Of a stretch of DNA of 13,051 bases, positions 1 through 6,684 are shown piece after piece (position 1 is the stretch's first letter; each line of letters begins with the position of its first letter). The notes beneath the pieces were generated by a model that worked only from the letters and a program-made list of their open reading frames with translations, was not told the origin of the DNA and did no database searches. The translations under genes and the position numbers were made by a program. The stretch is from the NCBI GenBank assembly GCA_003568775.1, contig MWMI01000007.1:1-13051 (forward strand). The letters are read 5' to 3'. The DNA comes from Candidatus Nanoclepta minutus. Its GTDB lineage: Archaea > Nanobdellota > Nanobdellia > Nanobdellales > Nanobdellaceae.

Positions 1-39
1 ATATTATACAGATAAAGAATCCTTACTTAATAAAATAAA

Positions 40-879
40 ATGAAAAAACTGATAAAATACGTTGAAAATTTCCTAAAAGATAATAAAAAACTATTACCAT
101 ATACTTACTTCAGAAAATATGATTTTCAATTTTATGTAAAATTATCCTCATATATTTCATTATTTTTTGGAATAATCTCTACCTTATTTTTGATCCTGAT
201 CTTTTTAATCTTTTATAAATACTTGGATATCGTTATATTTTTGTTATCCGTTTCCTTTGGTATAATAGTCTTTTACATTTCACTTTTCTACTTCTATATA
301 TACCCAATTCTTGCTAAGGAAGACTATAAAAGAGAGATAGAATTGAACCTCCCGTTTCTAGCATTATATATGTATACCTATGCAAGCTCTAACACTAACC
401 TTATAGATATATTTAGGGTTATAGCAAAAAGGAACGAACTTGGAAGCTTATCTAGGGAAATAAAATACTTAGTCAACCTCATAGACGTCTTGGGATACGA
501 CCTATCAACCTCTTTACTTATTTTGGCTAATAGAACTCCTTCTTATAGCTTTAAGGAGTTCTTATATGGCCTATACTCTGTTATCAAAGGTGGTGGCAAC
601 TTAATAAGTTTCATAAAAGAATATGCAAGAAATTCTATCAAAGACTATGAAATAACGTTAAAAGCCTATAATGAAAGGATTAGTACTCTGATAACTCTCT
701 ACTCTTTTATATTCGTGCTATTCCCACTATCAATATTAATAATTTCATTTATAATAACCTACATATCAGGAAACGTCTCTATATTATATCAACTATACTT
801 CTTCTTCTTTATCATCCTCCCTCTGTCCTACATATCCTATCTATATTTTATAGAAATAATACAACCAAAAATTCAATAG
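40..879 (+). CDS. Type IV pilus/archaellum-type assembly platform membrane protein with a single T2SSF domain (FlaJ/ArlJ/TadC-like)
   Basis: 279-aa ATG-initiated ORF. Hydrophobic helices at both ends flank a soluble segment, LNLPFLALYMYTYASSNTNLIDIFRVIA...LANRTPSYSFKEFLYGLYSVIKGGGNLISFIKEYA. That segment carries the FlaJ/TadC hallmark (lP.fl..m, RTPS..f..FL, GG.L..F). There is only one T2SSF repeat, whereas ArlJ/FlaJ normally has two. Confidence 0.75.
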   Translation: MKKLIKYVENFLKDNKKLLPYTYFRKYDFQFYVKLSSYISLFFGIISTLFLILIFLIFYKYLDIVIFLLSVSFGIIVFYISLFYFYIYPILAKEDYKREIELNLPFLALYMYTYASSNTNLIDIFRVIAKRNELGSLSREIKYLVNLIDVLGYDLSTSLLILANRTPSYSFKEFLYGLYSVIKGGGNLISFIKEYARNSIKDYEITLKAYNERISTLITLYSFIFVLFPLSILIISFIITYISGNVSILYQLYFFFFIILPLSYISYLYFIEIIQPKIQ

Positions 880-880
880 G

Positions 881-3088
881 TTAGTGGACGCCTTCGGGTA
901 TTCCCTTCCTTTTCCTTATTTCATTCACTACTTCCGTCTCTAATTCTTTTGGTAACCTCTCAAACAACTGGTCTTCAAGATACCATACTCCCTTTCCAGA
1001 AGTTAAACTCCTAAGCTCATCAGTGAATCCAAACAGGCTCGCTACGGGAACCTTTGCCTTGATAACCGCCCTTTCTTCACCCATATCCATACTTATTATT
1101 TGTCCCCTCCTAGATGATATCAGAGATACAACGTCTCCAACGTTCTCTGGTGTTAGGTCTACCCTAATTAACTGGACTGGTTCGTAAAGTGCTGGATTCT
1201 CCAATATTGCCATTTTGATCGCATCCTTAGCAGCTGGGATTATCTGTGCTGGACCTCTATGGATCGCATCTTCATGCAATACTGCATCTATCAGTTTTAC
1301 TTTCAACATGACACATGGTTCCCATGCTAATGGTCCATTATCCATAACTTGCTTAAAGGCTTCTATTATATACTCTATAACCTCCGGTAGATGGACTATA
1401 CCTCTTGTCATATCTATGAAGAGGTTTCCCCTATGTATCATCAACGTTCTCCTAGCTTCCTCTTTATCCAATCCTATCTCAGCAAGTACCTTCCATGTAT
1501 CCTCCTTCCTTATCCTTCCCTCCGGTAACTTACCTTCCCTTATGTATTCCTTTATCTTCTCATAGACCTCATATGGCAAAGGTTCTACCATAATGTATAT
1601 CTTGTTATGCTTGTTTGGAGACTTTCCTTCATAAGTTTGAGATGCTTTTGAAACGGATTCCCTATAGACTACTATTGGTTTTCCAGTTACTACATCAACT
1701 CCAAAATCGTTCTTAACTCTATATTCTATTATCTGTAAATGCAGATCTCCCAATCCTGAAACCAATATTTCACCTGTTTCCTGATTAATTTCTACTTTTA
1801 TAGTTGGATCTTCCCTCTCGAGCAATCTTAAAGTATCTATTAACTTTGATAGATCGTTCGGGTTCTTTGGTTCAAAGGACTTTGTAACTACTGGTTCTAA
1901 CCAATGTTTTATTTCCTCGAATGGTTCTATGCTTTCTGGATTTTCAACGTTACCTATTACCGTTTCCCCAGCGTATAATCCCCTAACCCCGATAATGGCA
2001 ACTATGTTTCCAGCAGTTATTTCATCTACAGGTATCCTCTGTATACCCTTCCACATAGCTATTTGCTGTAACTTTATCTTCCTATTTTGAGATGCCAAAT
2101 AAACCTCATCTCCCTTTCTTAAAGTTCCTGAAAATATCCTACCTGTTGCTAGCTCCTGCTTAGAAACTTTATCTATTATAACGTTAGTAACGTTTATTAT
2201 TAATGGTCCATTTGGATCCAAGTTAACCATTGCCCTACCAACTGGAGAATCAATATCACCCTTCCATATCCTCTTTATCCTATACTTCTGTGCTTCCACG
2301 GGAGAAGGTAAATGCTTTACTACCATATCTAATACAACCCTTTCTACAGGTGCCTTTTCTCTAACCAATTTCTTTAAAAGTTCCTTATCATCCCCAGCTT
2401 GGTTATATATTTCGATTATATCCTTAAAGGAAACCTTATTTTTTTGCATATATGGATATGACAATGCCCAATGATATTTTGCAGATCCAAAGGCTACAGT
2501 ACCATCTTGAACACTAACTTTCCACTTATCTTTATACTCTTGCGGAGAATACTTTTCTATCAACTTATTAGCCTCGATAACGATCTTGCTTATTCTCTCA
2601 ATAATCTTATCTGGTGATAACTTTAGTTCCGTAATAGCCCTATCGGTTTTATTTATGAACAATATTGGCCTAACGTATTCCTTTAAGGCAGTTCTGAGTA
2701 CAGATTCCGTCTGTGGCATTACTCCATCAACAAAGTCAACTACTACAATCGCTCCATCTATAGCTCTACAGGCTCTAGTTACTTGTCCTGAGAACTCTAT
2801 ATGTCCCGGTGTATCTATTAGGTTTATAAGGTATTCTTTACCTTCGTATTCGTGAACCATAGATACAGCAGCTCCATATACTGTCATCTCCCTCTCTCTT
2901 TCCGTTTCATGCCACCATGTAAACATGGCCTCTCCTGCAAGCTCTTCAGCAAGCATTCCAGCCCCTGCTAATAAGTTGTCCGTTAAAGTAGTTTTTCCAT
3001 GATGTATATGCGCTATTATCCCTATATTCCTTATTTGTTCAGGTTTCCTCATTAATTCCAATACTTTTTGTGTAAGTTTAGTAGTCAT
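881..3088 (-). CDS. fusA: Translation elongation factor 2 (aEF-2)
   Basis: 735-aa ORF with the trGTPase motifs AHIHHGKTT (G1), DTPGH (G3) and NKTDR (G4). The diphthamide-site motif HEDAIHRGPAQIIPA is present, and length and domain order are canonical for archaeal EF-2. Confidence 0.97.
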   Translation of the reverse strand: MTTKLTQKVLELMRKPEQIRNIGIIAHIHHGKTTLTDNLLAGAGMLAEELAGEAMFTWWHETEREREMTVYGAAVSMVHEYEGKEYLINLIDTPGHIEFSGQVTRACRAIDGAIVVVDFVDGVMPQTESVLRTALKEYVRPILFINKTDRAITELKLSPDKIIERISKIVIEANKLIEKYSPQEYKDKWKVSVQDGTVAFGSAKYHWALSYPYMQKNKVSFKDIIEIYNQAGDDKELLKKLVREKAPVERVVLDMVVKHLPSPVEAQKYRIKRIWKGDIDSPVGRAMVNLDPNGPLIINVTNVIIDKVSKQELATGRIFSGTLRKGDEVYLASQNRKIKLQQIAMWKGIQRIPVDEITAGNIVAIIGVRGLYAGETVIGNVENPESIEPFEEIKHWLEPVVTKSFEPKNPNDLSKLIDTLRLLEREDPTIKVEINQETGEILVSGLGDLHLQIIEYRVKNDFGVDVVTGKPIVVYRESVSKASQTYEGKSPNKHNKIYIMVEPLPYEVYEKIKEYIREGKLPEGRIRKEDTWKVLAEIGLDKEEARRTLMIHRGNLFIDMTRGIVHLPEVIEYIIEAFKQVMDNGPLAWEPCVMLKVKLIDAVLHEDAIHRGPAQIIPAAKDAIKMAILENPALYEPVQLIRVDLTPENVGDVVSLISSRRGQIISMDMGEERAVIKAKVPVASLFGFTDELRSLTSGKGVWYLEDQLFERLPKELETEVVNEIRKRKGIPEGVH

Positions 3089-3109
3089 GAAGTATATTTT
3101 TTCATTACA

Positions 3110-3118
3110 TTTTTAAAA
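3110..3118 (-). promoter_or_regulatory. TATA-box candidate for aEF-2 (leaderless-mRNA geometry)
   Basis: The minus strand reads TTTTAAAAA at -30..-22 relative to the A of the ATG at 3088. This fits an archaeal TATA box about 26 nt upstream of a transcription start at or next to the start codon. Confidence 0.5.
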
Positions 3119-3150
3119 TGATTTTCAATGAAAATACATTGAGGAATAGA

Positions 3151-4257
3151 TCATTTGACCTCCCTTTCTTCTATTCTATCATCTTTAATTACTCTCTCTA
3201 CAAAAGGCTTATTTAAATATATAGGTTCGGGATAATATATCTCCGAGGTCCTGGCTTCACCTTTTAAGAAAACCCTATAACCACAATGTTTACATCTTCC
3301 ATCCTCCAAGTTTACTCTATATACCGTAAAACCCTTTCTTTCAATTACAGGTTTGCCACAATTCGGACAATATGTATTCTCTAACTCATGGCCTGGAACG
3401 TTTCCTATATAGACGTATCTTATTCCCTCCTCCTTAGCTATTCTTGCATGCCTTTCTAAAGTCTCTATAGGTGTTTGATACAGATATGATAGCTTATACT
3501 CTGGATAGAACCTTAAGAAATGTATGTTCGATTCCTCCCCCATTATATCGTAGATCCTCTTACTAACCTTCCTAGCATCTTCTAAGCTATCCCCGATTTC
3601 TGGGATAACTAAATCCGTTACTTCAACATGGACTTTTTTCTTATATAATTCCTCTATAGCATGCAAAACAGTTTCAGAATAATTTAATACAGATATGTAC
3701 TTCCTAGCAAATCCTTCATTCCCATTCCCCTTTATATCTATTGTAACTGCATCAACGAATTTAGATATAAAATCTATTAATTCGTCTGTAAAGTAACCGT
3801 TTGATACCCATGTTACCTTCATACCTTCCCTTTTAGCTAACTTAGAAACCTCATAAGAAAATTCTGCATAAATACTAGGTTCATTATATGTAAAGGTAAT
3901 AATTCTTGTATTATTTTCTTTAGCTAACTCTATTATTTCTTCCGGTTCCAGCTTTATACCGACTATCTTCCTCCTCTGGGATATATCCCAGTTCAAACAA
4001 TACTTACAGGCAAAAGAGCACCCAGTTGTCCCTAAGGATAAAGCCTTAGATCCGGGATAAAAATGGTATAAAGGTTTCTTTTCAATGGGGTCTAAAGCAA
4101 CAGCTATGAAAATACCCCAATTAACAACTAAGAGTTCATTTTTAATATTATATCTAACACCACAGAATCCTGAGTAATTGGGGGGAATCTTACATTTTCT
4201 ATTACAGGCCTTACAGACAACTTCCGAATCTTTCCTCTCATAAAGTAATGCTTTCAT
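3151..4257 (-). CDS. Radical SAM enzyme, AmmeMemoRadiSam-system (AmrS) / PflA-like activase family
   Basis: 368-aa ORF with the CxxxCxxC radical SAM motif GCSFACKYCLNWDIS. The N-terminal Cys-rich segment CKACNRKCKIPPNYSGFCGVR and LDPIEKKPLYHFYPGS are typical of this subfamily. A C-terminal zinc ribbon is present (CPNCG...CKHCG). Confidence 0.8.
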   Translation of the reverse strand: MKALLYERKDSEVVCKACNRKCKIPPNYSGFCGVRYNIKNELLVVNWGIFIAVALDPIEKKPLYHFYPGSKALSLGTTGCSFACKYCLNWDISQRRKIVGIKLEPEEIIELAKENNTRIITFTYNEPSIYAEFSYEVSKLAKREGMKVTWVSNGYFTDELIDFISKFVDAVTIDIKGNGNEGFARKYISVLNYSETVLHAIEELYKKKVHVEVTDLVIPEIGDSLEDARKVSKRIYDIMGEESNIHFLRFYPEYKLSYLYQTPIETLERHARIAKEEGIRYVYIGNVPGHELENTYCPNCGKPVIERKGFTVYRVNLEDGRCKHCGYRVFLKGEARTSEIYYPEPIYLNKPFVERVIKDDRIEEREVK

Positions 4258-4278
4258 AAAAATATAAAATAATAGAAC

Positions 4279-4287
4279 TATCTTAAA
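4279..4287 (-). promoter_or_regulatory. TATA-box candidate for the radical SAM gene
   Basis: The minus strand reads TTTAAGATA at -30..-22 from the ATG at 4257. This is the same spacing as at the aEF-2 and surface-protein genes. Confidence 0.4.
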
Positions 4288-4296
4288 TCATATTGT

Positions 4297-4345
4297 ATGA
4301 AGATGCCGTCCCAGTCTGATGGATGATGATAACAAAAAATTCAGA
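4297..4345 (+). ncRNA. Candidate box C/D sRNA (2'-O-methylation guide)
   Basis: It lies in the only intergenic gap over 100 nt. Elements in order: C-like box AUGAAGA (4297-4303), 12-nt spacer UGCCGUCCCAGU (4304-4315), D' CUGA (4316-4319), 3-nt loop, perfect C' AUGAUGA (4323-4329), 12-nt spacer UAACAAAAAAUU (4330-4341), D-like CAGA (4342-4345). The exact 12/12-nt spacing is the archaeal rule. The two deviations from consensus fall on the C-box U5 and D-box U2 positions, which pair with each other (U.U becomes A.A). The tandem sheared G.A pairs of the k-turn are therefore preserved. An AT-rich TATA-like ATATAAAA sits at 4262-4269 on the same strand. The terminal stem is weak. Confidence 0.45.
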
Positions 4346-4371
4346 TATAAATAAAAAATTATTTAGAAAGA

Positions 4372-5871
4372 CTATTCGGCCTCTTCTACTCTCCTCCTCT
4401 TTCCACCTTTACCTTTAATAGGCAACATCGTTATTAAAATGATTATAATCAGTATAATTGCTATAATTACAAGTGTTAATGCTATATAATACCTCAAATC
4501 TAGTATCATTGCTGCCCTATACTTCTCAACAGTTTCGTATACAACGTTTCCATTAACATCATACACTTTTATCCTCAATGTTACATCTTTTCCCAATGGC
4601 TTTATCTTTATTGGTAGCCTTAATTCTTCTCCCTTTCCACCAATCTTTACAGAATCGTTATATTCAACATCCGCTCCCTCTGCAGATACTGAAACTCTAT
4701 AGGTCATTAAATTCTCCAAATTAGACCTAAATACTAAGTTAGCTATAGAATAGTTTCCTACAATCAACTTGGATGGTCCTTCAAACGATATCTGAACTGG
4801 TATTTCCTTCTTTATAGAAACTACATCTATATAATAGTTGTATTGCCTTTTTGCTATTCCACTTAAGATACTAAACGTTATTAAATACCTTCCACCTTCT
4901 AAGTTATCTGGAATCTTTAATACCATCCTTATTTCCCTTACTTCATTACTATCCAATTCTATTACATCGGATTCTTTATACAGATCTAGCTTTGTTGAAT
5001 TTGCTATTACTTTTATCTGAGCTGGCTCTTCTAAATTCCTTACTAATAACCTAAACTCTACGTAATCGCCTGGCTTTATCGTATATGGATAATTAGATAT
5101 AGAATAAACTTTTATTGGCAGATATTGTTCCTCTGATATTATAACATCCCTCTCTATCCTCAATTCTTCGAATACCCCCCTAAATACTGTGAATACTAGT
5201 TTATACTTGCCTGGCTGTACTGATAAGAAGTTTATTGGTAAATTTAAAGTTCCTCTCTGTCCAGGTAATATCATTCCCTGCTGACTCTGTGATAGAACTA
5301 AGTTTCCTTGCTGATCTAACAATTTAAATACTATATTTACATACTGGGAGTAGTCTAATGGATTGTATATTTCTACAATAAAGTTTTTAATAGCTCTATC
5401 AAATGTAAATGTCCTATCCTTGGTTATATCTGGATAAATAGATTCTACTATAAAAGCCTTTCCCTTTATATTGGATACTAGAACTGTAAATTCATCAGAT
5501 GATGTTAATAGGCTATTTCCGTAATTAGCCTGATAAGTTGCCTGTATATAATACTTACCTTCCTCCGAGAAAACCCATCCTGGAACAGTATAAGGTAATA
5601 CTATACTTGAGTTGATCGTTACTGGAATTATTTCCTGGTAAACTATTTTACCCTGTCCATAGACTACAGACATCGTTAAATAACCAACGTTTCCTATTAT
5701 ACTTCCACAATTACTGCAAGATAGGTATAGTGTTAAGTATAGACCATTTTTGCTAATATAATCGAACGATGCTTCAGTGACTTTTCCCCCAATCTGTACG
5801 CTAACCGTTTGTGCGAATACTAATGGCAGTACTAGTATAGATATAGCTAGAGCTATTAACTTCCTCACCAT
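4372..5871 (-). CDS. Secreted, C-terminally membrane-anchored surface protein with about four beta-sandwich (CARDB/NEW3-like) modules; function unknown
   Basis: 499-aa ORF with an N-terminal signal peptide, MVRKLIALAISILVLPLVFA|QT. Four beta-rich modules of about 105 aa follow, with strand-like motifs (PGQRGTLNLPINF..GKYKLVFTVF; PGDYVEFRLLVRN; EVREIRMVLKIP..GGRYLITFSI; GEELRLPIKIKP..VTLRIKVYD). The C-terminus has a TM helix (YYIALTLVIIAIILIIIILITML) and a basic tail, KGKGGKRRRVEEAE. Confidence 0.7.
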   Translation of the reverse strand: MVRKLIALAISILVLPLVFAQTVSVQIGGKVTEASFDYISKNGLYLTLYLSCSNCGSIIGNVGYLTMSVVYGQGKIVYQEIIPVTINSSIVLPYTVPGWVFSEEGKYYIQATYQANYGNSLLTSSDEFTVLVSNIKGKAFIVESIYPDITKDRTFTFDRAIKNFIVEIYNPLDYSQYVNIVFKLLDQQGNLVLSQSQQGMILPGQRGTLNLPINFLSVQPGKYKLVFTVFRGVFEELRIERDVIISEEQYLPIKVYSISNYPYTIKPGDYVEFRLLVRNLEEPAQIKVIANSTKLDLYKESDVIELDSNEVREIRMVLKIPDNLEGGRYLITFSILSGIAKRQYNYYIDVVSIKKEIPVQISFEGPSKLIVGNYSIANLVFRSNLENLMTYRVSVSAEGADVEYNDSVKIGGKGEELRLPIKIKPLGKDVTLRIKVYDVNGNVVYETVEKYRAAMILDLRYYIALTLVIIAIILIIIILITMLPIKGKGGKRRRVEEAE

Positions 5872-5885
5872 TTATATGAATATTA

Positions 5886-5907
5886 AGAAATATTTATAAA
5901 TATTTCT
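5886..5907. promoter_or_regulatory. Perfect 22-bp palindrome centred on the TATA box upstream of the surface-protein gene
   Basis: AGAAATATTTATAAATATTTCT is its own reverse complement; all 11 pairs were checked. The core TTTATAAA (5893-5900) sits at -29..-22 from the ATG at 5871. The element is also 25 nt downstream of the stop of the NFACT-half gene. Confidence 0.55.
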
Positions 5908-5931
5908 AAAATTGTTATCAATAAAAGATAA

Positions 5932-6684
5932 TTATTTTATGGAGCTACTTCCAGGTATAAACTTAATTATATCATCGATGTATGGATACCTCAACAGATC
6001 CGCCACCTTTTTTGCTATCTCATATGGTTTCGTATCACCGGGTATAAGGACAACATAATTATAAGTCTTTTTAGATACGGACTCAGGTACCCCCGGTATT
6101 AGATCGCCTTCGAAACCTATAGCAACCTCTAAGTCTGTTCTAACATAATTCTTCTTCCCATAGATCATGAAGGATCCTCTAGGGAGATATTCTCCGGAAG
6201 GGGCCTTTTTGGATACCTGATCTGGAAGGACATAATAAACCTCTATAGAATTCAGTTTCTCCTTCCAAGCCCTAGAATATGATCCAACAAACTTAGCAGC
6301 TTCAAATATATCTTCTTCCTTTGCATTCTGACCATCCTTCAATATACCGAATGGGGATCCATGGATATCTGCATGAAATACAAGGTCGTTCTTCTCTAAA
6401 TATTTATTTATTAGAGTTTCGTTAGATGATGCATCCTTCCCAGCAATCAAAAGAAAATTATTAGATGTAAAAAACCATCTAAACTTTTCATACCATCTTT
6501 TTCTAACCTTTCTCTCAATCATTGATTTCTCTAACAATATACTTTCCTCTATTTTCTCTAATTTATTTTTGTTATTCTCAATTTGTTTTTCCAAATTGTT
6601 TATTTTTTTCTTAATTTCCTTTATTTTACTATAAATTATATTCAAATTATCGAAAATTGATATTCTAGGATCTATTTCTATCAT
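5932..6684 (-). CDS. NFACT-family (RqcH/Tae2/FbpA-like) protein, C-terminal half only: coiled coil plus NFACT-R (DUF814) domain
   Basis: WYEKFRWFFTSNNFLLIAGKDASSNETLINKYLEKNDLVFHADIHGSPFGILK is the DUF814/NFACT-R signature. It is preceded by a K/E/N-rich coiled coil (IKEIKKKINNLEKQIENNKNKLEKIEE). I place the start at the first ATG (6684, MIEIDPR...). The ORF-track start at 6729 is a TTG lying inside the upstream gene. Confidence 0.8.
   Translation of the reverse strand: MIEIDPRISIFDNLNIIYSKIKEIKKKINNLEKQIENNKNKLEKIEESILLEKSMIERKVRKRWYEKFRWFFTSNNFLLIAGKDASSNETLINKYLEKNDLVFHADIHGSPFGILKDGQNAKEEDIFEAAKFVGSYSRAWKEKLNSIEVYYVLPDQVSKKAPSGEYLPRGSFMIYGKKNYVRTDLEVAIGFEGDLIPGVPESVSKKTYNYVVLIPGDTKPYEIAKKVADLLRYPYIDDIIKFIPGSSSIK

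Noticed and set aside
1215-1565. 116-aa plus-strand ORF inside aEF-2
   Set aside because: It lies entirely antisense to a confidently identified, full-length aEF-2 gene. The sequence is low-complexity and S/I/L-rich with no recognisable motif, so it is a shadow ORF.
2586-2855. 89-aa plus-strand ORF inside aEF-2
   Set aside because: It is antisense to the aEF-2 G-domain and has no motif. It is a shadow ORF.
4300-4330. A G+C-rich island in the intergenic region, considered as a split-tRNA half gene (Nanoarchaeum-style) or its complementary leader
   Set aside because: Only about 20 nt are G+C-enriched. There are no acceptor, D or anticodon arm pairings and no T-loop. The segment is better explained as the guide and boxes of a C/D sRNA.
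4838-5020. 60-aa plus-strand ORF inside the surface-protein gene
   Set aside because: It is antisense to a longer ORF that has a coherent signal peptide, module and anchor architecture, and it has no promoter spacing or motif of its own.
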